Assembly: GCF_937936435.1 (NCBI RefSeq)
Contig: NZ_CALDDG010000051.1
Location: 1,430-65,429, forward strand
Origin: an uncultured Sulfuricurvum sp.
GTDB taxonomy: Bacteria; Campylobacterota; Campylobacteria; Campylobacterales; Sulfurimonadaceae
Length of the DNA stretch: 64,000 nucleotides
Direction: 5' to 3'
The notes beneath the pieces are model-generated. The model searched no databases. It saw only the letters and a list, made by a program, of their open reading frames with translations, and was not told the DNA's origin. Numbering within the stretch: position 1 is the stretch's first letter; every line of letters begins with the position of its first letter. This document shows positions 47,485 to 57,287 of this stretch, one piece after another. The translations under genes and the position numbers were made by a program.

Positions 47485-49801
47485 CGCATACGCGGTTGCG
47501 TCCTGTCGTTTTAGCGTCATAAAGCGCTTCATCGGCATGGATTATCAGCGCTTCGGGAGTATCTAAGCCGTTATATTCCGAAACGCCGAAACTGGCCGTT
47601 TGGATATATTTTGCCAACAGTGCTCCGGCAGAAAACTGTTCCCGAAATTTCTCAGCGAGAATTGCCGCTTCCGATGCGGTCGTTTCAGGACAAATAATTA
47701 AGAATTCTTCTCCTCCCCACCTTCCGACGATATCGCTTTTCCGACAGTTTTGGCGCAGTAGGTCTGCGGATGCTTTGAGTACTTTATCTCCGGCATGATG
47801 GCCATACGTATCGTTTACTTGTTTGAAATAGTCCAAATCGACCATGATGATCGAAAGGGCTCTTTTGTATCGTTTGGCACTTTGGATCGCTTGATCGATG
47901 CTTTGATCGAGCATATAACGGTTGGCGATACCGGTCAGGGCATCGGTCGTAGAAAGTGATTTCAGTCGTATATTGGCCTCTTCCAGCTCATTTTGAGTCA
48001 ATCGCAGACTCTCCATCGTCATCTTATAAACACGGTTGACGCTACGGAGTTTGCGGGTGTAATAGAGTAAGATCGCGACGATCAGAAGAAAGGGGAGAAC
48101 GATTTTTAGAATCCACTGCCATGTTATGTGCTGCGTGTATTCGATGATGATATGGCGATTGTAGATAGCGTCTCGTTCTTCAGGAGTGATGGATGCAAGC
48201 GCTTTCTCCATGATTCCCGCAAAGATCGGCCAATCATTGCGGATACCCATCGCCAATTCGAACTGATGGGGGAGTTCTCCTGAGATTTTGAGATTGGAGT
48301 ATCCCTCGTTTTTGATAGCATACGTAATAGCGGCAGTATTGTCGATAAAGGCAAAGGCTTTTCCGGTCGAAACGGCTTCCAGACCTTCAGCGACCGTGTC
48401 GACTTCCAAACGTTTAATCTGCGGATAGTAGCGCTTGAGTGTTTCATAAGCGAGATATCCCCGTGCTACAGCCACTGTTTTTCCGCTCAGGCCGTGAATA
48501 CCGTCGATGTAGCCGACCGTATCCGTGGTCGCAATGACCATCCGAAAGTTGAGATATGGGGCAGTGAAGAGAGCATAGGTCTCTCGCTGCGGGGTTTTAA
48601 CCGCGCACGTGTACATATCGAGGCGGTGCTGTTCCATCAGTGCTACCGCATCTTTCCAAACCCCTTTGGTGTTTGGTTCGAATCGTATTCCCAGTTTTTG
48701 GGAAATCAGTGCGACGTAATCGGCGGCGATCCCTTGATATTTTCCTTTGTCGTCCAGATATTCGAACGGAGCCCATTGTGTATCGATAGCGGTGTGAATG
48801 ACGGGATGCGCTTGGAGCCATGATTGCTCTTCCGCCGTGAGATCAAGAGAATTCGGCCGGGCATCGCGATAAAGATACGCTTCTAGCGGGACGGAAGCGT
48901 TGATGAGACCGTGGCGTTTGAGAAGATTTTGGATATATTCGAACCGTCCGTAATCGAGGGTTCCGAGCGGGATGGTGGAAGCGTCGATCACCGATGCGAT
49001 TCCGGCGGCTTCATAACGCAGCTGCTGCACGGTTTTATCGGGGGCATATTTGGTATGGATCAGATTGATGATCTCTTCTTTATGGGCAAGTGCGTACTGC
49101 CATCCGAGCAATGTCGCCCGCTTCATAGCGGCTACCCGTTCGGGATGGGTATGCAGTTCGTTTTGAGTGGTGAAAAGCATATCTCCGTAGAGATCGACCC
49201 CGAAATGCTGCGGATGGATGATGTTGGTCTGAACCCCTTTTTGGAACAGTTCGTAAGGCTCGTTGGTGACGTACCCGTGGTGTGCGGCTACCCTTTTATC
49301 CAAAAGCATGCCTAAATCGAATTTGGTATTGACCCTCTCTATCCCTTTTTTAAGCACACCCGTCTCATGCAGCATCGCCAAAATAGGCAATCCGTCCGCA
49401 TCGTTGGGATAAAGGGCGACTTTTTTCCCGATCAGTTTATAGGGGCTGTCGATGCCGCTGCTTTTGAGGGTAATGAGGACGTTAGGAGAGTGTTGAAAAA
49501 TCGGTGCGACGATGACGATAGGCTCTTTTCGCGCCTGGTATAAAAACAGGACCGAATCGGCGATACCGTATTGGGACTCCCCTTTGAGAACCTGCTCGAT
49601 ATTGTTTTGGGCAATGTCGCGGTCTTTGAGGGTGACATCGAGCCCTTCTTTACGATAGTATCCCTGCTCAAGCGCGGCGTAATAGCCGGCGAACTGGAAC
49701 TGGTGATGCCATTTAAGCTGGATGGAGACTTTGTCCAATGCAAAAAGGGGCGAGAGGAGGGGGATAAGAAGTAGCCATAACCAAAGAATGGAACGTTTCA
49801 T
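47477..49801 (-). CDS. Diguanylate cyclase with two periplasmic solute-binding domains (NMT1/THI5-like and PBPb)
   Basis: LKWHHQFQFAGYYAA, WAPFEY, TM, RWGGEEF. Confidence 0.9.
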   Translation of the reverse strand: MKRSILWLWLLLIPLLSPLFALDKVSIQLKWHHQFQFAGYYAALEQGYYRKEGLDVTLKDRDIAQNNIEQVLKGESQYGIADSVLFLYQARKEPIVIVAPIFQHSPNVLITLKSSGIDSPYKLIGKKVALYPNDADGLPILAMLHETGVLKKGIERVNTKFDLGMLLDKRVAAHHGYVTNEPYELFQKGVQTNIIHPQHFGVDLYGDMLFTTQNELHTHPERVAAMKRATLLGWQYALAHKEEIINLIHTKYAPDKTVQQLRYEAAGIASVIDASTIPLGTLDYGRFEYIQNLLKRHGLINASVPLEAYLYRDARPNSLDLTAEEQSWLQAHPVIHTAIDTQWAPFEYLDDKGKYQGIAADYVALISQKLGIRFEPNTKGVWKDAVALMEQHRLDMYTCAVKTPQRETYALFTAPYLNFRMVIATTDTVGYIDGIHGLSGKTVAVARGYLAYETLKRYYPQIKRLEVDTVAEGLEAVSTGKAFAFIDNTAAITYAIKNEGYSNLKISGELPHQFELAMGIRNDWPIFAGIMEKALASITPEERDAIYNRHIIIEYTQHITWQWILKIVLPFLLIVAILLYYTRKLRSVNRVYKMTMESLRLTQNELEEANIRLKSLSTTDALTGIANRYMLDQSIDQAIQSAKRYKRALSIIMVDLDYFKQVNDTYGHHAGDKVLKASADLLRQNCRKSDIVGRWGGEEFLIICPETTASEAAILAEKFREQFSAGALLAKYIQTASFGVSEYNGLDTPEALIIHADEALYDAKTTGRNRVCVN

Positions 49802-50682
49802 CAGAGTTGCTCGTAAAGATCAAACAAATCGATCCCCTCGGGAAGTTTGGGTTTCCCATCGCGAAACGAACGGGTATGGGCGATGAGGCGTTTAAAATGT
49901 TTGCGCAGGTGATAGGCATCGGGGACGTTGGGCCGGAACCAATCCCCTTTGGCACTGAAAAGCCAGTCGATGGCGGCTTTGATGTCCAGGAGCGTATACC
50001 CTCCGGTCTCAATCAGCAGCCGGATCTGTTTTGCCCAACTCATTACGTCGAAGGGCTCTTCGAACTGAGGATCGATCGAGGAGAGACGGCGGATGAAATA
50101 CTGGGCCATTTCGAACTCTTCGCCTGAGGGTTTGGTGTCGGCAAGCATCTGCTCCGAAGCGACGACGGGGGCATTGGATGCGATCTCTTTGCGAACCCAC
50201 CGTTCAAATTCGGCACACCAGTCGAACGAACGGTTATTTTTGGAACGCTGATAGAGGTTGAAATCATCGAACAGTTCCCGGCGTAATCCCTCGCGATCAC
50301 ATAGCTCCAGCGCGAAGACGTGTAGCTCTTCATACGTATCGTTTGAGAGGTTGAGATAGTAACTGCTGTCGCTGTATTGGGCTGCTGATACCGATGGAAC
50401 CGGAAGCGTTTTTTCCGGGGCAGGGGCAAACGCGTAGCGGATCATCACCCCCTGATCCGTTTTTCGCCGTACGGTTTTTAAAATCCCTTTTTTGACCATC
50501 CGATCCAATGCCTCGACCACTTCGCGCGGAGTATGGCGGAGGATTTGGGCCAGAGAGGAGGCATCGATATCTGAGGGTTTGTCTCCCCAGTTTTGGGTAT
50601 GGCGCGCGATGAGAGGGATAAGAGCCCGCTCCATTACGCTAAGATCGTCGCGATCGATGAGAAAGGTCGGAAGAGAGATCAT
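49801..50682 (-). CDS. Putative replication-initiator-like protein (wHTH, DnaT-like segment, lambda-O-like C-terminus)
   Basis: N-terminal wHTH pattern; FNLYQ...DWCAEFERW; WAKQIRLLIE...IDW...WFRPNVPDAYHLRKHFKRL. Confidence 0.6.
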   Translation of the reverse strand: MISLPTFLIDRDDLSVMERALIPLIARHTQNWGDKPSDIDASSLAQILRHTPREVVEALDRMVKKGILKTVRRKTDQGVMIRYAFAPAPEKTLPVPSVSAAQYSDSSYYLNLSNDTYEELHVFALELCDREGLRRELFDDFNLYQRSKNNRSFDWCAEFERWVRKEIASNAPVVASEQMLADTKPSGEEFEMAQYFIRRLSSIDPQFEEPFDVMSWAKQIRLLIETGGYTLLDIKAAIDWLFSAKGDWFRPNVPDAYHLRKHFKRLIAHTRSFRDGKPKLPEGIDLFDLYEQL

Positions 50683-51287
50683 GAGTGTTTCGCTTCCCGC
50701 AGAAGCCGAGTCTTCAATCCTGAGGGGATCAAGTCGTTTTTGTCTCTTTCCCTCCGGATAATCTCGGTACGGTACTCGTGAAGAACACGTGCTTCAAACA
50801 AAGAACGATCCAGTGAAACATAATCGTAAATCCACCCTTTGCTCAGGATCTTGACGACGTTGATGTCGGTCTCGTCCAAAATAGGCTGAGTCTCTCCGGA
50901 ACGTTTAATCGAAGTGAACCGTATCTGTTCGAACCGTTCTAGAGCACTTTTTTCCGAATCTCGGGTGAGGGTGATCTCGCGGCGAAGATCGTACATCAGC
51001 GTATAGAGCTTATGGGTTCGTTCGGAAGCTTCGATATCGACAGGGGTCAGGGAGTGTGCTTCGAATTCCGCCGCGATTTGGGCGATTTTTTCGAATCCGT
51101 TTTTATACGGCATATCCCGCAGTGAGAGACGGCGGAAGAATTCGCGATAGTGTGAAGGGCGGATATCGCGTACGAGATCGTTGACATGCGCACGAAGATT
51201 AATATCTTCTTCAATTTTGAAATATTCCATCAGCGAAGTGACGAATTGGGTGCGGATTTGATCTTCGGTCGGTGTGTTTCGTTGCAT
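50679..51287 (-). CDS. Hypothetical helical protein, translationally coupled to the replication-like gene
   Basis: 202 aa ORF; ATGA overlap at 50679-50682. Confidence 0.7.
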   Translation of the reverse strand: MQRNTPTEDQIRTQFVTSLMEYFKIEEDINLRAHVNDLVRDIRPSHYREFFRRLSLRDMPYKNGFEKIAQIAAEFEAHSLTPVDIEASERTHKLYTLMYDLRREITLTRDSEKSALERFEQIRFTSIKRSGETQPILDETDINVVKILSKGWIYDYVSLDRSLFEARVLHEYRTEIIRRERDKNDLIPSGLKTRLLREAKHS

Positions 51288-51460
51288 AAGTTATTGTAGC
51301 AACAAATAGCTTTAAAAGATAAAAAGAGTGCCGCGTAAAACGGAAATTATCCCGCCCGCTATAGGTGAGCCGAACGGGGAAGTAAAAGATTCTTTAAAAA
51401 TAAGGTAAAATAATAACGGGTATTTATTGTGGTACCCTAATCCCGTACAATGAGGTTCCC

Positions 51461-52573
51461 ATTCTAATACTCGATCATACCGTTATCCCGGAGGGCGATA
51501 CCGAACTCGGCGATAATCTTTTATACTACGACTACAACATCGACCATCTCTTGTCGCTCGAAGCCAAAGGGTTGACAATGGAAGATGAAGGATACATCAG
51601 CGCTTTTCGCTCGTTTGAAGGAGAGGTATATGAAAATTACATCTACGAGAAGCTGCTTAGATATGCGACAAATGAGCCGAGGATTAAAAGTTTTATTATC
51701 AAAGGGCCCCACAAACACCGTACCAGAGCCCAAAGCGACGCTTTATCGGTGAGCTGGAAAGGGCAGATCATCTACCGCGCCCGCCATAAAGAAATCGGCG
51801 AATTCGACGGTCTTTTGTTTACCGATAAAGAGCTCTATTTCGTCGAGATGACGTTGGTCAAATCGGTCAGCAATCTGAAAAAACGGCTCCGAAAAAAACG
51901 GGCTCTTTTGGAGGTTCTTTTTCCCCGGTATAGTGTCAAAGCAATCCTCGTCCTAAACGAAGGGGTCACCGGAACGACCGATTTGCCGCCGTACGCGTCG
52001 GTGTGGATTACCAAACCCTATAGTGCACGTCATATCCTCGAACGTTTGAGTACGAAATCGCCCCGTATGCCGATGATCCGTATCGAGAGTTCCAAAATCG
52101 CCCATGCCGAGGAGCTGAAAGTCGCCGCGTTCAAATATTATGCGACCCTTTCGTGGATGCTCCGCTCTCTGCGGGCAAAAACCCCGATCGATATCGAATT
52201 TTTCAAAAAAAGTGCAACACAGCGTTATCACGACATTTATACCAAAGTGTATGCGGGGTATCTCAGCGTCGCAGACTTTAAAACTATTGCACCGGACCTT
52301 TCGTGGGAAGGTAGCAATGCTTCACGGGTCGTAGTCGCGATCGAGAAAGATCACTCCGGAGGCTATTTCCTGACCTATTTTATCCGCCACGGTGCCAAAA
52401 AACTCGATAATGTTACCGTAGTAAACGGAGTGAGCAAAGTCGTCAAAAAAGATCCGTTCGGCATCACCCTTACGGAGATGAATCATTTGGATAAAGTGAT
52501 GGACGAGAGTTTCCTGTATTCGCTCGAACAGCACAGAGCGTTGGAAAGAGTGGTCTCTAAAACGACGCATTAA
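51461..52573 (+). CDS. PD-(D/E)xK nuclease-fold-like hypothetical protein; probable non-canonical ATT start
   Basis: Frame is open upstream of the TTG at 51551 back to TAA 51401; GAGG at 51452-51455 precedes ATT 51461; GEVYE...EFDGLL...YFVEMT motif. Confidence 0.6.
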   Translation: MLILDHTVIPEGDTELGDNLLYYDYNIDHLLSLEAKGLTMEDEGYISAFRSFEGEVYENYIYEKLLRYATNEPRIKSFIIKGPHKHRTRAQSDALSVSWKGQIIYRARHKEIGEFDGLLFTDKELYFVEMTLVKSVSNLKKRLRKKRALLEVLFPRYSVKAILVLNEGVTGTTDLPPYASVWITKPYSARHILERLSTKSPRMPMIRIESSKIAHAEELKVAAFKYYATLSWMLRSLRAKTPIDIEFFKKSATQRYHDIYTKVYAGYLSVADFKTIAPDLSWEGSNASRVVVAIEKDHSGGYFLTYFIRHGAKKLDNVTVVNGVSKVVKKDPFGITLTEMNHLDKVMDESFLYSLEQHRALERVVSKTTH

Positions 52574-52633
52574 CCGTCAATTATCCTTTTTTCTTCTATA
52601 CTCTCATTCAGGAAATTGATATAAGGGTTTTTT

Positions 52634-53092
52634 ATGAAAAAGGTTCTCATTGCGCTATTGGTAGGGCTCAGCGTCTGGGCTGCACCTTATAAAGTAGGAC
52701 AGTCGGTCGCGCCGCTTGATCTGAGCGATCAGTTCGGGAAACGCTACAGTATGAAAGCGATGCCGAAAACGTTGATTATGGCATTCGAAAAAGGGACGGG
52801 AGCAACGGTCAACGAGTATCTTGCCGCACAGGGGAAAGGGTATTTGGACAAAAACAAAGCCGCTTTCGTCGCCGATATCAGCCAAATGCCCAATTTTATT
52901 ACCGAAGCATTTGCCCTGCCGAAAATGCGTAAATATCCCCATACGGTTTTACTGATCCGCGACGAAGAACAGGGTCTGCGATTTCCGGCCGAAGAGGATA
53001 AAATTACCGTAATGAAATTTCGCGGAAACTTCCTTCAATCGGTCGATTACATCACTACTGCCGATGAGCTTAAAAAGGCGATCGAGCAGTGA
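52634..53092 (+). CDS. Exported hypothetical protein (possible Cys-less thioredoxin-like fold)
   Basis: Signal peptide; LDLSDQFGK, VADISQMP, FALPKMR. Confidence 0.6.
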   Translation: MKKVLIALLVGLSVWAAPYKVGQSVAPLDLSDQFGKRYSMKAMPKTLIMAFEKGTGATVNEYLAAQGKGYLDKNKAAFVADISQMPNFITEAFALPKMRKYPHTVLLIRDEEQGLRFPAEEDKITVMKFRGNFLQSVDYITTADELKKAIEQ

Positions 53093-54168
53093 TCACCGCG
53101 CTGAAAGCTCTGCGCAAAAACCGCTTTAAAACCGCACTGATTTTTATCAGCATGAGTGTTTCGATTGCGGCGATCTTTTTAATCAGCGCGATTTCGGGCG
53201 GCGTAGTGAGCATGTACAGCGCGATGCTCAAAACCGACGGAGATATCATCGTAACCCAGCGCGGAATCGCCGATACGTTTTTCAGCGATATCAACCGTTC
53301 CTGGAGCGCTCCCATTATGAAGATGGACGGGGTGAAAGAGGTCAGCGCCCTTATCCTGGGAGCCGCACCCGTCGACCCGCTTCCGATTGTGGGAGTGTAT
53401 GGTGTCAACAAGGGGCGTTTCAAGAGCTATTCTCTCGTCAGCGGAAGCTATCCGAAAGCCGGGGAGGTACTACTGGGATCGAAAATCGATCAAAGCCTCA
53501 AACATCCCGAAACGATCACCCTTTCGAAAAAAGAGTTTCATGTCAGCGGAGTCTTTAAAAGCAAGATCGGGTTCGAAGACGGAGGGGTCGTCATGAATCT
53601 GACCGACGCCGGGGAGGTGTTCCATAAAAGTGCATCGATCTTTTTGGTTAGCCTCGGAAATTTGGAAAAAAGCGACGCTTTGATCCGGCAGATCAATGGA
53701 TTGGACTCCGATCTGGAAGCCAAAACGACCGACAGTTTCATCGATTCGTACAACCAGTTTAAAATTATCCAGACCAGTTCCGACGTGATCGGGGCGATGG
53801 CTTTTCTGATGGGGATTTTGGGAATCGTCAGTATGATGAGCATGGTAGTCAATGACCGGAAAGCGGAGTTTGGGATCATGCGCTCGCTGGGTCTCTCTTC
53901 GGGTGTGATTATCACCCGGCTGCTGAGCGAAACGCTGATTATCGCTCTGGCCGCCTTCGCGGTTGCATGGGGGGTGAGTGAAGGGGTGCTGGAACTGATC
54001 AAGCATGCCGATAAATTTCAAGGCTACATCAACGGAGAGATTACCGTCGCGTTGTTATGCAAGGTGTTCATCGTCTCTGTGGTGATGGCATTGGTGGGGA
54101 CGCTGCTTCCGGCGGTATACGCATCGCGCATCGATCCGATGAGTCTGATCCAAAAGGGGAGTGCATGA
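53089..54168 (+). CDS. ABC transporter permease (MacB/FtsX/LolE type)
   Basis: TM, large periplasmic domain, DRKAEFGIMRSLG, PAVYASRIDP. Confidence 0.9.
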   Translation: MITALKALRKNRFKTALIFISMSVSIAAIFLISAISGGVVSMYSAMLKTDGDIIVTQRGIADTFFSDINRSWSAPIMKMDGVKEVSALILGAAPVDPLPIVGVYGVNKGRFKSYSLVSGSYPKAGEVLLGSKIDQSLKHPETITLSKKEFHVSGVFKSKIGFEDGGVVMNLTDAGEVFHKSASIFLVSLGNLEKSDALIRQINGLDSDLEAKTTDSFIDSYNQFKIIQTSSDVIGAMAFLMGILGIVSMMSMVVNDRKAEFGIMRSLGLSSGVIITRLLSETLIIALAAFAVAWGVSEGVLELIKHADKFQGYINGEITVALLCKVFIVSVVMALVGTLLPAVYASRIDPMSLIQKGSA

Positions 54169-54803
54169 ATATCGAAGCACACGGTCTGGAACACTTTTAC
54201 GGACAGGAACATGTACTGCGGGGAGTCGACATAAGCCTCAAAGCGGGGAGCTTTACGGCGATTATCGGAGAGAGCGGAAGCGGAAAAACAACGCTCCTTT
54301 CGATTCTATCGACACTTCTGCACCCCTCAAAAGGGAGCGTCGCATACGATGGCAAAGCGCTTGAGCAAGTCGGCAATATCGATCATTTTCGCCGCCGCCA
54401 TATCGGGTTTGTGTTTCAGTTTCATTATCTAATCTCCTATCTGAGTCTGCGCGAAAACGTTGCGCTGGCGGCGTTGGGGGAGAATGAAGCCAATATCGAT
54501 CTTTTGCTGGGGAGTCTTGGCATCGAGCGTCTGGCAAAACGCTACAGCGACGAGGTCTCAGGCGGCGAGCGGCAGCGTGCCGCGATCGCCAGAGCCCTGG
54601 TCAACCGTCCCTCCATCGTTTTTGCGGATGAGCCGACGGGAAACCTGGATACGAAAAATGCGTTGGGCGTTTACGAACTGTTCCGCCGTTTTTCGGATGA
54701 GGGGATAGGGTTCGCGGTGGCGTCGCATGACAAAAAAATAGCCGATTTTGCCGATACGATTATTGAAATGGAGGACGGAATTGTTAAAGCAATTCATACA
54801 TGA
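54165..54803 (+). CDS. ABC transporter ATP-binding protein (LolD-like)
   Basis: GESGSGKT, SGGERQR, ADEPTGNLD. Confidence 0.93.
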   Translation: MNIEAHGLEHFYGQEHVLRGVDISLKAGSFTAIIGESGSGKTTLLSILSTLLHPSKGSVAYDGKALEQVGNIDHFRRRHIGFVFQFHYLISYLSLRENVALAALGENEANIDLLLGSLGIERLAKRYSDEVSGGERQRAAIARALVNRPSIVFADEPTGNLDTKNALGVYELFRRFSDEGIGFAVASHDKKIADFADTIIEMEDGIVKAIHT

Positions 54804-56337
54804 TGAACTTCCGCTGCTGTTCGTTTGGTTGATTCTGGGACTCTGCGCGGGATTTTTGTACTCGATTCAACTGCTTGGAATCGATGAAGCTGCGGCCGTG
54901 CTGCCTCTGGAACGGGCCCGATCGCTCCATATTTCGCAGATGCTGTACGGGTTCTTCCCTCTTTTGCTGTCGCTTCTGCCGTTCGCGTTGTTTGAAAAAG
55001 AGGGAGTTCTCACCGCAGGTGCAATCAAAAACCTGCGCCGCTATTTCGTCGTTTGGAACACCTTTTTACTCTTCATGAGTCTGGCCTTGGTCTTCGGGAA
55101 TTTACGAGGACTGCCGTTTTACGATTTCCCGTATCAGCTGAATTTTCTCCTCGCTTTCAGCGGCGTGTTTTATTTGATAGCCCTTGTGGATGCCCTTCGC
55201 CGGTATGAGAGACGCCCTTTGTGGGTCAATGTCTCTTTGGCGGTTGTCATGGTAGCACCGATCCTGCTGATCGTCTTGATGAATCCTCAGTACGGGCAGG
55301 TAGAAAAAACCCTTGTCGGCCCGCACGGCGATAATACGCTGGGGATGAGTTTTGCCCTGTTGCCGCTGTATTATCTGTTGATCAAGCTTGCGGCCAAGAA
55401 GCCGTTTGTTCCGCGATGGCATCTGCTTTGGATTATCCCTTTGGCCGGGTATGTCGTTTCTTTGTTCATCCGTAATTTTCTCCATTCTCTGAGTTATAAC
55501 GAAGAGTGGTTTTTTCAGTATCTGACCCTATTGTATCTCCCGTTATTGTGGCGATGGTGGAAAGATGCGGGGCTGGGCTTCTCTCATAACCCCTATCTTT
55601 TCTTTTCGATCGCGGCATTCGTGTTTGTCGATGCGGAGGGGAATCTGCTGTTTATTCCGCAGATTCGGGAACTCATCCATCGAAACGATTTGGTCGTAGG
55701 ACATGCGCATATTGCGATGGGGATTGCCGTGGCATTTATGGCGCTGAGTATCGTCCATCGGTATCTGCCGGGGCTTATCACCCGTGCCTGTGCCATCGGA
55801 TGGACGACATTGGTCGCGTTGATGGCTTTTTCACTCACTCTGGCGGGGATGGCGGAAGCGGGATGGATACATGCCGATGTTCAGTGGTTTTGGGGTGCGA
55901 GATCGCTGTTCGGATTCGTGTTGATCGTCATGGTAGGGCAAATCCTGTGGCGGCGGTTGAGACCCGGAACTCTCAGCGGATTGGAAGCGTATCATTGGAT
56001 CGGGCTGATGAGCGACTTCGGCGGCGGTGCGCTACTGCTTTTGTTCGGGGGATATCTATTCCATATGATGGGATTTGGCTTTAGCGGAACGTATGAATAT
56101 ATCGTATTTGCGTTCATGATCGGAACGGGAATCGTTCACTGGTACGGATTGCAGGGCGATCCGGAACGGATGGGAGCGGCAAGTGCGGCGATACGGCTGC
56201 TGGTATCGGCAACGTTTTGCGCACTGTATATGGCGGGCGTATTGGACGGCATCGCCCTTTTGGTCGCCGCCTATGACGGAGCCTTTGGCATGCTTTATTG
56301 GCTGTGGCTGCGCGGGTACCCGAAAGAGGCTGTGTGA
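54781..56337 (+). CDS. Heme-copper oxidase subunit I-like membrane protein, degenerate
   Basis: ARSLH (helix II His) and HRNDLVVGHAHIAMG (helix X HxH); no HH pair; TTG start. Confidence 0.6.
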   Translation: MLKQFIHDELPLLFVWLILGLCAGFLYSIQLLGIDEAAAVLPLERARSLHISQMLYGFFPLLLSLLPFALFEKEGVLTAGAIKNLRRYFVVWNTFLLFMSLALVFGNLRGLPFYDFPYQLNFLLAFSGVFYLIALVDALRRYERRPLWVNVSLAVVMVAPILLIVLMNPQYGQVEKTLVGPHGDNTLGMSFALLPLYYLLIKLAAKKPFVPRWHLLWIIPLAGYVVSLFIRNFLHSLSYNEEWFFQYLTLLYLPLLWRWWKDAGLGFSHNPYLFFSIAAFVFVDAEGNLLFIPQIRELIHRNDLVVGHAHIAMGIAVAFMALSIVHRYLPGLITRACAIGWTTLVALMAFSLTLAGMAEAGWIHADVQWFWGARSLFGFVLIVMVGQILWRRLRPGTLSGLEAYHWIGLMSDFGGGALLLLFGGYLFHMMGFGFSGTYEYIVFAFMIGTGIVHWYGLQGDPERMGAASAAIRLLVSATFCALYMAGVLDGIALLVAAYDGAFGMLYWLWLRGYPKEAV

Positions 56338-57287
56338 ATTTTCTCGTCCTAGTCCTCAGCTCGCAGCTTTTGTATTATCTATTGATCGCGCAGACGGGTG
56401 TCGTCGGTGCGTTTGATTCGCACATCCATGATCTCTACACACTCCCGATCGGCGGAGTGTTGGGAACGGTGGCAAGCGCTTATTGGAATCATCGCCATAT
56501 CCGAGGCGAGTTGTTCGGATTGTTTGCGCTTCAGCTGTTGATCTCATGGTTTTATCCCTATTATTCACTCAGCATGCTCTTTTCTCTGGGGTTTGTCGTC
56601 GGTTATACGACCCCTTTGCTGTTGTATCTATTCAGGTCTCAAAGCCTGGGAAAACTGGCACTGGGTCTAGGGATATCCTATGCGGTCGGAACGGCGCTGT
56701 ATACCTATCCGTTTTTAGAACGGGGCTCCATTGCGATCACGCTTCCCGTTATATCGATCGTATCGCTCTATTTTTCATCGGTACAACCGCCCCAAGAGGA
56801 TGATCAAAAGCCTTTCCGATGGGGGCTGCTCGGCATTATGATGTTATGGATTTTTGCCGATTCGGCACTTTTTGAGACCTTGAGCCGTTCGGACGGGATG
56901 GATATTTGGAGCCGCTACACCGGATTGATTATCGCATCGCATCTGATCGGCGTGTTTCTGGCGTATCGGTACGGCAAAGAGTTGTTGAATCAAACCCGAT
57001 TGATCTGGATACTTTTTGGAATCAGTTACGCCCTCTACTGGCTGAGAGAACCGATATTCCTTTCCATTGTCTATCCGATAGTAATTTCTTATTATAATGT
57101 TCTGTTATTTCAAGCGTTAATCGGAATAGGAAAGATACGATACATCGCCTTGTCGATGGTCGGAGTCGGCTGGATCGCGGCATCGGCGGCAAACGGGGTG
57201 GCATTGGAACACCGTCTCTGGATCGCCGCGATAGTTTTGGGAATGTTTGGGATAATATATCCGTGGTATATGAGGAGAATCATATGA
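56334..57287 (+). CDS. Polytopic membrane protein (MFS-like, uncertain)
   Basis: About 10-11 TMs; GTGA overlap start. Confidence 0.6.
   Translation: MNFLVLVLSSQLLYYLLIAQTGVVGAFDSHIHDLYTLPIGGVLGTVASAYWNHRHIRGELFGLFALQLLISWFYPYYSLSMLFSLGFVVGYTTPLLLYLFRSQSLGKLALGLGISYAVGTALYTYPFLERGSIAITLPVISIVSLYFSSVQPPQEDDQKPFRWGLLGIMMLWIFADSALFETLSRSDGMDIWSRYTGLIIASHLIGVFLAYRYGKELLNQTRLIWILFGISYALYWLREPIFLSIVYPIVISYYNVLLFQALIGIGKIRYIALSMVGVGWIAASAANGVALEHRLWIAAIVLGMFGIIYPWYMRRII

Noticed and set aside
51300..51460. Housekeeping ncRNA (SRP, 6S) in the GC-patchy intergenic region
   Set aside because: Only short stems are present, with no recognisable conserved motifs.
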